Shown here one piece after another: positions 37,551 to 48,113 of a DNA stretch of 48,113 nt. The stretch spans positions 1 through 48,113 of the forward strand of contig JAUCBJ010002732.1 of NCBI GenBank assembly GCA_032718475.1. Reading direction: 5' to 3'. Positions within the stretch are counted from its first letter, which is position 1; the number at the start of each line of letters is the position of its first letter. The DNA comes from Nemertoderma westbladi (Eukaryota > Animalia > Xenacoelomorpha). The position numbers and the translations under genes are program-made. Below the pieces are notes generated by a model, which did not search any database, had not been told where the DNA came from, and worked only from the letters and a program-made list of their open reading frames with translations.

Positions 37551-39820
37551 CAGTGGCGTAGCTGATGTTTGTGGCAGGAGGGGCCCGCCACGATTTTAGC
37601 GCCCCCCCCCCCCCCCCCCCCACCTCCCCTTAGAAAAAATAATAAATTAATTGAACTTTTTGTGTGACTATTTTCTAGGGTACACAGTACAGTATGTTTG
37701 ACAGAGTACATCATAATCATAATGGCACAGCCCGTGCTTTGGCATGAGCGAATGACTTTATAACCGCCAACAGGCATATGTTGGAAGGAAGTAGAAAAAT
37801 AAATGTGTTATTTTTCGAATAACAAAAAGACACCATGAAACCATAGTCATTACAAAGGGCAGTGATTTTTTATGTCCTTTTATTTGACTTTTTGTCCTCC
37901 TTTTTTTACGAATTGTGCATAATGACTTTTTGTTGTCCTTTTAATGACTTTTGTTGTCCTTTTAATGACTTTTTATGTATGTATTTCTTCAAACTGTCAG
38001 ACTGCTGATTTCTGGACTGTCAGACAGTTGATTTCAACATGCCTATGCCAAACATTTTCTGGTCTGTCGGACAGTTGGTTTCACTATGCCTGTGCCAAAA
38101 CATTCCATGATTCCATGATTTATAGACTATGAGATAGAATTCCATGCGCCTGTGGTAAAAGACTCTAAATTTAATAGTTTGTGGTTGTTGTAGATAATCG
38201 ATTACCACATGACGTAGCAAAACACTCATTTTATAGCCAAAAACAATTACCAATTGATGGAAAGGAGCAGGTTAAGGCCGGATTTTCTAACCAAAACAAT
38301 AAACAGTCACTTTACCAAATCAGGGAAAGGAGCAGGTTACAGAGGCGGGATTTTCTAACCAAAACAATAAACGATCATTTAACTAATTGAGGGAAAGGAG
38401 CAGGTTATAGAGACGGGATTTTCTAACCAAAACAATAAACGATAACATTAGCAATTGTGAGAAAGGAGCAGGTTACAGAGGCGGGATTTTCTAACCAAAA
38501 CAATAAACAGTCACTTTACCAAATCAGGAAAAGGAGCAGGTTACAGAGACAGGATTTTCTAACCAAATCAATAAACGATAACATTACCAATTGAGAGAAA
38601 GGAACAGGTTACAGAGGCGGGATTTCCTAACCAAAACAATAAACGATCACTTAACTAATTGAGGGAAAGGAACAGGTTACAGAGGCGGGATTTTCTAACC
38701 AAAACAATAAACAGTTACTTTACCAAATCAGGGAAAGGAGCAGGTTACAGAGTCGGGATTTTCTAACCAAAACAATAAACGATAACACCAATTGGGAGAA
38801 AGGAGCAGGTTACAGAGGCCGGATTTCCTAACCAAAACAATAAACGATCACTTTACTAATTGAGGGAAAGGAGCAGGTTACAGAGGCGGGATTTTCTAAC
38901 CAAAACAATAAACGATCATTTAACTAATTGAGGGAAAGGGGCAGGTTACAGAGGCGGGGGAAAGGAGCAGGTTACAGAGGCGGGATTTTCTAACCAAAAC
39001 AACCGGTCAGCTGTTAGGCCTACCAGCACCGTATTTAAATGGTAGGCTACATAGTAGGCCTACAGCAGTACCGGTGCCGGTACCGGTACTAAAATACAGA
39101 AATACCTGCTTTATACCTACATCTGTACATACAATACAGCAAAATAGTGCTATATATACTAATACCGGTACTGATAGCCTGAGAGAACAGCAGTAGAGAA
39201 ACCGGTAGCATGGAACCTAACATTAGATTTTTGGAGGACATAAAAAATAAAAATAAAAGGACAAAAAAAGGATTTAAACGGACAATAAAAATTATTGCGA
39301 TTACAAAGTGCCGTTAAAGTTAAGGTTTATATGCAAGTTCTGAAGCTGAACTGATGTATATAAAATTTTCTTATAATATAAATTTTGTACTCTCCTTTTA
39401 GATTTATATGTACCTGTAGGTGCTTGTTTTTATTTTCTTTATAATCCTGATGATAGATAGCCCTGGTGGCAGAAATATATTGATTGAATAGATAAACTGT
39501 TTTATTTAATAGCGGGGACAAGTCTCCAAGCAACACGAACGTTGAGATTATATGAACAATAAGTAGCAACAAGCTGGTTGTATGTAATGGAAAAAAATTG
39601 TGTTAGGGAATTATTTAAAAAGTTTATTGATATATGATATAGAATGTATTGAAGGTATTTATTAAAAAGTTTCCAACTATTTTACATTAATTTTCAAATG
39701 GGAGCGACCAAGTTTGAAAATATATTGTTCATTCATCGCGATTTTGGCGCCCCCCTGAAGCCAACCGGGGGGGCCCTGCGCCCCCCCCCCCCCCCCCGGC
39801 CCCCCTCAGCTACGCCACTG
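37551..39820. mobile_element. hAT-like non-autonomous element (2.27 kb) with 6-bp TSD and nested repeats
   Basis: Perfect 15-bp TIR cagtggcgtagctga / tcagctacgccactg. cccgag on both sides (37545-37550, 39821-39826). Subterminal gcgcccc and poly-C tracts. Confidence 0.85.
38245..39002 (+). repeat. 68-bp tandem array, about 11 copies, with three recurring linker variants
   Basis: aaaggagcagg at 38326, 38394 and 38462 (period 68). Confidence 0.95.
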
Positions 39821-39876
39821 CCCGAGGGAATTCCGCACAAGAAAGTCCCTGGCGGTTCCTTGCGACCAACAATACC

Positions 39877-40097
39877 TCCGTTCTACTTCCCTTATCGTGA
39901 GTTCCACCGCGACCCCCCACTCCACCGTTCTACTTCCCTGGACTTCCCTTATCGTGAGTTCCACCGCAACCCCGCACTCCACCGTTCTACTTCCCTGGAC
40001 TTCCCTTATCGTGAGTTCCACCGCAACCCCGCACTCCACCGTTCTACTTCCCTGGACTTCCCTTATCGTGAGTTCCACCGCGGCCCCCCACTCCACG
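39877..40097 (+). repeat. 57-bp tandem repeat, about 4 copies
   Basis: cttatcgtgagttccaccgc recurs at 39891, 39948 and onward. Confidence 0.9.
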
Positions 40098-40174
40098 AGA
40101 ACTCCCTCCCATTGAGGAACGCCAACTTCAGTTGCTCAATCAGCGAGATTTAATTGGAGCTTTTTGCAGCTGGT

Positions 40175-40632
40175 ATGGTGGCCCATGGCTGCCACTATAA
40201 AACTCTTGATAAAATATTTAAATATAAATAAGTGGAAAAAGTATCTTGAAAAAAAAATAAGTAAAAAAACTATCTTGAAAAAAATAAGTGAAATAAAATA
40301 TCTTAAAAAAAATCTCAGTAAAAAATATCTTGAAAAAAAAGGTAAAAAAAATACTCACGAAAAAATTCACATAAAAAATAAAAACTGTTAATAAAATTAA
40401 AAAAAAAAAACACCCCACGTGGCCCAGGGCTGCCATCACCCCATAATCAGATAACAGTTGGCCCATGGCTGCCATTAAAAAAACTAATAGTAAAAATAAT
40501 AAAAAAAAATAAAATACCCCCCTCGTGGCCCAGGGCTGCCACTGCCCCCAGAATCAGTACTGCAGTAATTAATAGTATTGGACCAAGGCTGCCATTAAAA
40601 AACTAATAGTAAAAAAATAAAATACCCCCTCG
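40175..40632 (+). repeat. Degenerate repeat cluster (tggccca[t/g]ggctgcca with A-rich tracts)
   Basis: The motif recurs near 40178, 40420, 40459, 40526 and 40578. Confidence 0.7.
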
Positions 40633-40808
40633 AAGTGCCAACATGGTGTGCTTTACTTACACTGAGCCTCTATTGACTGGCTGTGATTGACAAGCCTACG
40701 TGCCTCAGGAGATACTTTCATGAATACCGCAGTTTTTATTTGGCCATTTTGGTAATTTTGGCCGCCAAAATGACCAAGTTAATGCTTATTGGGATTGGGT
40801 TGGGACTG

Positions 40809-41016
40809 TATGCCAGTGAAACAAATTTGAAACAAATTAGGAGAGCCGCAATGATAGCCTACCGGAAGAATTGTAACAATGATGGTCTACGGAGCTCAAA
40901 AAATTGGAACAATGTTAAGCAGTTAAGTATGCCAGTGAAACAAATTTGAAAAAAAATTAGGAGAGCCGCAATGATAGCCTACCGGAAGAATGGTAACAAT
41001 GATGGTCTACGGAGCT
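40809..41016 (+). repeat. Direct duplication of about 88 bp
   Basis: tatgccagtgaaacaaatttgaaa...gatggtctacggagct occurs at ~40809-40896 and ~40928-41016. Confidence 0.9.
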
Positions 41017-41530
41017 GCCTGGGTTGTTTGGCTGAACCAGTGGTGGCACGGATGAGGGGGTAAGAAAAGGGGAAGGATCTAAAAATAGCACCCAATAGGA
41101 AGCTTCTAGCTTCTTGCATTGCTACGGATACCGGTACCTTGCTTGGCCTCTAGGCTGGCTCTGGCATAACCCTTATTTTCGCATGCGAATAAAGGTAATG
41201 TTTTAAAGATCTGATGTGTAAAACGCGTTTTTGTGCAGTGATGATGTTTACGATATTATAAAAACTAACTGCACTAACTATTTCACATTTATTTAATAAT
41301 ATGGTAAAAAAAGCAACCAACCTATTAACTACAATATTTACAATAATTATCGAATGTTCTAGGATGTAAATACTTAGCATTATTTTATAGGAAACGATTA
41401 TCAAAAAACGGTTCTTGTAAAAAAAAGTTTTGGCGAAAACTGTCCCTGCTTTCCGTTTTTGCAAATTTCTGGTACGGCTTGATTGCTCCGAGAATGTTTG
41501 CCGTGGAGTCTGAATAAGGTAGATAAAGTA

Positions 41531-44351
41531 CCCGGGTTGAGAATCTTATCATATTAGTAAAGTACTACCTAATGGCAAGTTACTGGCATGATAATTTTAC
41601 TAAAATTTTACAATTACCACATTTTGCATTATTTGTTAAGGAATTAAACGTAATACTTGCCAAGTACAGTATAGATTTTAAGAAATATTTGGGTGGGCAC
41701 TTATCATGCAATGCACTTTCCAAATTCTTAACAAATTTTGTATTCCTAGAATATACTTTCTGTGACTTTATAACTTGACAAATATTTCATAAGTACTTTA
41801 GTGGTGCTTGACACACATTGCAGGTATAAATCAGTCACATGATTCATCGCCAATAAATGACTCATTCAGTCATTTTGAGGTCAGTAGGCCTAATGCAGAG
41901 TTGACGTTTTTGAGTTTTCTTTATTTAAATTTAATTGTTTAATGAGTTTTGCTTACTTAAATAAATAGTGTTTAGTGTTTTGTTACTTTAATTTATAGTG
42001 GTAGTTTTATTGCTGTTTGTTTGCTTCAATTCAATTGTTTATTGTATTTTGTACTCTTTAATTCTGTAATTATTGTTTATCGAGTTTCGTAATCTTGAAT
42101 TGTTTAGTGCCTTTTGTATGCTTGTTTTGTTTATTTTTTTATTTATTTTATTTGTAGTGCTTATATCGTTAATGAAATATTTATGGTTTGCCTAATTGTC
42201 TGATTGTTGCTAATTGGCAATTGTAATTGGATTAATGCCTAATTGATATACAATTAAAATTCAAATTATTTAAATGTTGTGAAATTTGCTTAATAACAAT
42301 TGAATTTGGAAGAATTGGAATTTAAAAAAGGCCTCATAATCCAAAGACATACAATGAACTTGTTGGGGATCTGGCCTCTCTAGCATTTGGACCACAAAAC
42401 GTGACAGACGGAACCCATAGTCAGAGACCAACCAGCCTGGATTAAGTGGAGAGGCAGGACTTTGGTGTGATGTAGGAGTTCCAGGGGCATTCAACCCGGA
42501 GACTCAGGCATTGTTAGATATCAGGGTCGTAAACCTTACCGCCGAGTCGTATGCGGAACGCCCCCCAATGAGGGCCCTAGAATCTGCGGAGGACGCTAAA
42601 ACCGCACTATATGCGGAACCAGCGAGACAGAGGAGAGCGGACTTTGCACCCTTCGTAGTCTCACACCACAACTGGGACAGACCTTATAGCACCGCCATGG
42701 AGTGGGTTCGCCGCCGTGTGCAGTTCGCCATAGTTCTCATTGCATCAGGGGGTCGAGGCTAAAGTGGCGCAGTGGTCTGGGTACGGAGGATGGAGCTGGA
42801 TTGCCGATCACTCCACTCGTCTGACTCTGTAAACTGAATCTGTAAACTATGTAATGTGTTGTGCTTTCTCTTATTTGTATCTGTGCTAGTCTTTTTGGAA
42901 TTATAGTTACTATGTAGGTTCTTGTAAAATTCTCAGTGTATAATATTAATTGTAATTTCTGCTTTATATTATTGTTAAAGCCGTTTAATTGTACTAAACG
43001 GCGGTCTGGAGGCGGCAGCTCCAAATAAAAAATAACAAAATCAAGATAAAAAAGTAGGCCTACTTAAAAAAATTAAAAAAATATTTCCCTGATTTTTATT
43101 CTGTTTTTTTCCATACATTTTCCCATGGAAACCGTATTTTCTCACAGACACCGGGTAGTAACGAAATTGTATAAAATAAATGCCCTGTACAGTTACAGTA
43201 TATAAAATTCAACTGGACCACCACAATGAACCGTCAGTTATCCTGCATCTAAACTCAATAATAACTGTATATCTACAGTATATCGTATTACAATACCAGT
43301 ACTATGGTAGCTGTAGCACTTCATTATTTGGAATTCCTTGTACTGTGCGTATTAATGATTTTTAACATGACTAAAATTAATTTTAAAACTAATGTTAATT
43401 TGTTCATTGAACTGAACCACTATCTTCGTTGGGAAAAGTTAACCCTAATGTTAACTTACAAAATACAATTGCTGCAATCTATAGTTTAATATGATATTAT
43501 TAGCCCCTTTATATGATGGGTGATCAATTTTTTATTTTATTTCGATTGATATGATTATAAATTTGAATTAAATAGTTTTATTGCATAAAAAGAAATGAGG
43601 AATACCATTTTTGATCTTTATTGTTAAATTTTTCCGACGTAACTGTGTTTTAGTGTAGACCTACAGTATTTACGAGTTTATATCTGATTTATTTGATGAT
43701 CTGATTTATATAACGTAGAGTAATAATATGTTTGTTGATATGTTGTTTATATTAAAAACAATAAGTAAGTCTCTGTATTAATTTGTTTACATATGTCATG
43801 GGGGGGGGGGGGGGGGGTGTGGGGATGCAACAAAGAGTATTAAACCAAACATGTGCATACATCACTCACTATGATGATGTTCCATGTGTTGTTTCTCTTA
43901 TTATCTGATGGGGGGAGGGAGGAGGGGGGGGGGGGGGGGGGGAGGGTGGGGGCATCATTAACTTTTATTCGAAAGCTAACATGTATTTTTCAAATATAAT
44001 TATTACTTAAAAAATTTGCGACACATGTTCGAACAAGTGCCGGGAATATATAGGATACAGATATATTCTAGATTTGTAATGCGCATGTTATTAGTTCATT
44101 ACACTTGCAAAGTGCTTGCATACATCATCGGTTACATATAAAGCACGTTTATATATCTTGTAATACTTGTCAGTCACATACCAACAACTTGCTAAACAAT
44201 ATAAACTTGCAATGCCCTTTTTATGAGATTTGAAAATAGTTAGTACTTTAGTACTTTACTCACCCTTGGCACCAGCGTTGCTAAGCGTTCTAAGACTTTC
44301 TAAGCAAATTTGTTTAGAACTTAGGAAATATACTAAGAATTTCAACACGGG
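41531..44351. mobile_element. Possible old CMC/EnSpm-like non-autonomous element
   Basis: Imperfect TIR: cccgggttgagaatcttatcatatt versus the reverse complement of the right end, cccgtgttgaaattcttagtatatt. Subterminal agtaaagtacta is shared. TSD does not match (ta/ca). Confidence 0.4.
42330..43035 (+). mobile_element. Second 5'-truncated CRE-like RLE retrotransposon fragment (different family)
   Basis: GLIIQRH..NE..GDLASLAFG...EPIVRE...CDVGVPG...LLDIRVVN...SY...FAPFVVS [deletion] WDRPYSTAMEWVRRRVQFAI...CIRGSRLKWRSGLGTEDGAG, ending in an A-rich 3' stretch. Confidence 0.85.
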
Positions 44352-44479
44352 CAGGGGTGGGTGTGTTTGTTAGGTTCGGGTGGTCGGTGCGGGTAAATAG
44401 GATGTGGGAGGGAGGGGTGGTGGGTAGGCGTAGATGAGTGCGGGTTAATTAGGTGTGTAGGGGTAGGGGAGGTTGGGTG

Positions 44480-44825
44480 CGATTAAGTAGACGTGCTTAG
44501 TTTGGTGTGTGGGTGTGGTTAAGTAGACGTGTGCTGTGCTTATGTAGGTGGGTGGGTGCAGTTAAGTAGACGTGCTTATGAGGGTGGGTGGGTGCAGTTA
44601 AGTAGGTGTGCTTATGAGGGTGGGTGGGTGCAGTTAAGTAGGTGTGTTTATGAGGGTGGGTGGGTGCGGTTAAGTAGGTGTGCTTATGAGGGTGGGTGGG
44701 TGCGGTTAAGTAGGTGTGCTTAGGTGGGTGGGTGGGTGCGGTTAAGAAGATGTGCTTAGGTGGGTGGGTGGGTGCGGTTAAGAAGATGTGCTTAGGTGTG
44801 TGGTTGGGTGTGGTTAAGTAGACGT
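44480..44825 (+). repeat. 36-bp G-rich minisatellite (gagggtgggtgggtgcagttaagtaggtgtgcttat)n
   Basis: Directly visible; degenerate copies extend left to about 44352. Confidence 0.9.
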
Positions 44826-46902
44826 CCAATAAGATTTGTGTTATAACCATTTTAGTTACCAATTGAGGGAAATCTAACCAAAACAATAAACGATGTTGTT
44901 ACCAATTGAAGGAAAGGAGCAGGTTACATATACAGCTTTTTTCTAACCAAAACAATAATTGTTTAGTGGGCGAAGGTTGCTCGTGGGCGAAGATTACCTG
45001 CGGGCGAAGGTTTGAAGGTTTCCGCCGGGCGATAGTTGCACATTTTGAATGCGAAGATTGTTCCGGGCGACGTTTGCTGCCTACCGGCCTACTACTGTAC
45101 TAGAACAGTACTGTACTAGAACAGTACTATTACTGTATTGGGCCTTCTGTTACGTTAACTGTCACTGTCATATGGCTGAATTTAATTTAGATAATAATAG
45201 AACAGGTTACAGTTTCATTTTTGGGAATAATCAACTGTTCTGTATTTGGGTCGATTTCACCTGGAGAGGGATAAATTTTGATTGCGTTCAAAGTCCCACA
45301 ATATCTGCAAAATAGGACTAATATATATTTAGTAGCGGTACTGTAGAATGGCCAAAGAACTAAGTCTAATTTCATTTTGCCGCTTCCACTGGTTCAGGTT
45401 CATATTGTATTTACATGAACATTGATTATTATTTTCATATTTGATGCTATTCAGTGCTCTGATTTTCTATATATATTTGCTTCATGGCAGCATGGAGTGC
45501 ATGTGTGTGGTTTATTTTTATTTAAATATCTTGTCTTGCTTGACCCGTAGGGCCTAATTTGCATTGTCTCTTTATAAGATTTTTATTTTTCAAAGTCGTT
45601 GATATTTTTACTTTGTACCGTGCCTTTTTTCTATTATGTATATTTGTTTTGTTTTTTGCAACCATCAGTGTTATTTGTAACTTGGTTGTTTTCTCCAGCA
45701 ATATTGTGTTTATTTTTGGTAACTAAGGTGCGCATTAATTCTTTATAACTATACTTGAATGATATATATTTGTATATTTACTTCAACATGTACACAAAAG
45801 TACAATTATTGTTTATTGCAACATAGTCAAAACTTATTGCACCAGATGAGTATAATAATAATAACCCTTCACCAGAAGGAACTAGTGTATCTCAGGAGCA
45901 TATTGTAGTTATCGTGTAGTTATAGTGTAGTATTAGTGTACTTATACTTAAATTGAATTGGAACTACGTCTAGAGTGCGTGTTAATTTTGGCATAAAATT
46001 ATGGAGCGAAGTGAAAGTGCGTTGTACAAAAACAGGGAGAGATTTTTAACTATTGTTGGATCGGTGTACTGTAGAATCCTACGGTATTTGTACATAGATG
46101 GGAACCTAGTGTATTGGGGTGGCAGGTATTATTGTTCGCGTAAGCTACTGTATATTGGGCATTCGAGAAGGAAGTGGTATTCTGATTCAATACGCCCCAA
46201 GTTGCATACTGGACATAGCCTGTTCATCTGTGGGATATTGCATACCAACGTCCTTCTTCGATTTGTAATCTATGTGAAGTGCATCGGAAACTAGCTATTG
46301 TACGTTTCAGAGCGGGGTAATTTATAAGAACTATAACGTACGGTTCGGTTCGAAATGTATCTTTGACATAAAAGTCGCCTTTTGGGGAATTCTCTAGGGT
46401 TGACCACCAATTTTGGATAAACTGACTGTACTACAGGGGTGGGTTGCTGTTGCAACCCACCCAGCCACCCCTGTTCTACAGTTTAATATCCATTTAAAAC
46501 AATCCTACAGTAAATATCCATTAAAATTGGCACCAAACTGCCAAAGCTGATTTGCTCTACCTATCCATTCCACCTCACCACAATTCTCAGACTGTTGTTG
46601 ATGATAACAGTGGCTTTCATGTTTGTAACCCATACCGGTGTCCCAGGCGCATCTGCCCTTTGGCCTTTTGCCTTTGGACCGGTGCCATTGGCCCGACTTC
46701 TTTATGTTCTTGCTGTCTTGTTTCTTCTAGTTCTATATTCATATCTTGTTCTGTAGTGTACTTGTTCGGGTAGCCTATAATAATACTGTAATACAGAAAT
46801 TAAGTTATTGTACTGTTGTATGATCACTGTATCTCATTATCGGTGCCAATGTCTGAAGTTCAAGTCAGTTAATAATAAATTAAATAGCCTCCCGACCGAA
46901 AT

Positions 46903-47748
46903 ATGACGGGTGTTGCTGAGGAAAACAACGATAGTAAACTCTCTATGGATAACGGTGAGGTGCCTTTGCGTGCCGACACAATGCGCACGCGGTTACAGGC
47001 CCGTAGAAGCGCGTTAAACATACAAATTAACAAGGAATTAATGATGCGAAATGGAGCCGAGAATCTATACAAAGTCACCTCCGATAAGAAACTACGAGAG
47101 ACAATCGCGTTGGAGTTGAGTTTCCTAAACTCCAACCTCCAATTACTCAAAGAAGAGCTCGCCGAACTCAACAGTAATGTGGAGGCGTACCAGAACAGCA
47201 ACGCTTCCGCTGTCTCATCGCCAATGATCCCACTCGGACTCAAGGAAACCCGTGACATCGACCTCGCCACACCTATAAAGGATTACATACTGGAGCACTA
47301 CAGTGAGGACCCCAGCGGGTACGGTCGGGAGTTAGATCTACTCCATCGGATGCGCCAGATAGTGCGAGTCCCGACCCGCAACCAGGACGGAGTTTCGCTC
47401 CTACTCACCTACTTTCTGCAACTAGAATCGTTGACGCAACGTTTCCTTCCGCGCAACCGCCTCCACGGGGTCCACTTCCATTGGTACGACTCTCTCACCG
47501 GGGTCCCTGCGACCCACTGCAACGTCGCTTTCGAGAAATCATCGGTTTTGTTTAACGCCGCCGCGCTGCTGTCCCAGATAGCGGCCAAGGCGGATCGCAG
47601 TTCGGCTAGCGGATGCGACGAGGCTGCGAGTGCGTACCAGCGGTGCGCCGGCGTTCTGCGCTACCTCGCGGATCGATTTAACAACGCTCCTTCTAGGGAC
47701 ATGTCCGCGGAGGTGTGCAAGACGTTGATTCAGTTGATGCTGGCCCAG
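46903..47748 (+). CDS. RHPN: Rhophilin, first coding exon (HR1 Rho-binding domain + N-terminal BRO1 domain); gene continues beyond the window
   Basis: LQARRSALNIQINKELMMRNGAENL...LELSFLNSNLQLLKEELAELN (HR1). PMIPLGLKET, ILEHYSED, FHWYDSLTG, FEKSSVLFN and LMLAQ (BRO1). Consensus donor CAG|gtgagt at 47748/47749, phase 0. Confidence 0.95.
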
Positions 47749-47760
47749 GTGAGTAGCAAA

Positions 47761-47952
47761 TGTCGGCCGACAGGGGCCATATCACATACCCGGCAGTGTC
47801 GGCATAACGTAACGCCGACACTGTGTGGTGTGCAGATAATGTGCTGAGTGTCGGCGTTACGATGTGCCGACAGTGTCGGAGTTACGTTGTGCCGACAGTG
47901 TCGGAGTTACGTTGTGCCGACAGTGTCGGCATTACGTTGTGCCGACAATGTC
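47761..47952. repeat. Degenerate ~22-bp self-complementary repeat (tgtcggc/agttacgttgtgccgacag) in the rhophilin intron
   Basis: Repeated tgtcgg...ccgaca hairpin units. Confidence 0.8.
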
Positions 47953-48113
47953 AACATTTTAAAAATTTTCATAAATGAAAATGTGAAAAAATTTGAAAAT
48001 GAAAAGAGAAATTTCTCTTTTCATAACAAAATTTGAAAATTTCAGCATGAAAAATAAATCTCGGTTTTTAAAAGGCCTAACTGTTTCCAAGATAGGCCTA
48101 CAGATGAATTAAA

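Noticed and set aside
17660-39002. CRISPR-like appearance of the 84-, 68- and 44-bp arrays
   Set aside because: The linkers are homologous or recurrent rather than unique spacers, there are no cas genes, and the context is eukaryotic.
46434-46473. 40-bp hairpin caggggtgggttgc...gcaacccaccc...cccctg
   Set aside because: Possibly a collapsed MITE, but it has no clean TSD and is too short to classify.
47749-48036. ORF continuation after MLAQ and the following 62-aa ORF
   Set aside because: Intron sequence after a consensus gtgagt donor; it translates a hairpin repeat.

Overview
AT-rich eukaryotic DNA, most likely from an invertebrate animal; the organism cannot be identified from the sequence. 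It is not prokaryotic and has no CRISPR array. Four protein-coding genes are supported. (1) A single-exon MAP10-like gene (1296-3854 +). (2) A predicted 4-exon gene of about 3019 aa (7656-22378 +): a first exon carrying roughly 120 acidic 17-aa repeats is spliced, with consistent phases, to the C-terminal coiled coil of CAPON/NOS1AP, and no PTB domain is visible. (3) A single-exon MXRA7-like membrane protein (35843-36583 -). (4) The first coding exon of rhophilin (HR1 + BRO1; 46903-47748 +). The rest is a dense mix of MITEs (P-, Harbinger-, Mutator-, IS3EU-, hAT- and CMC-like, several with readable TSDs), two truncated CRE-like RLE retrotransposons, tRNA-derived SINEs, large hairpins and minisatellites. 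The three most notable observations are the repeat/CAPON fusion gene, a bipartite motif with fixed spacing (AAAGGAGCAGGTTA-N17/18-AACCAAAACAATAAAC) shared by otherwise different elements and arrays, and a 44-bp satellite whose unit spans a MITE insertion junction. Family assignments come from recalled motifs, not database searches.
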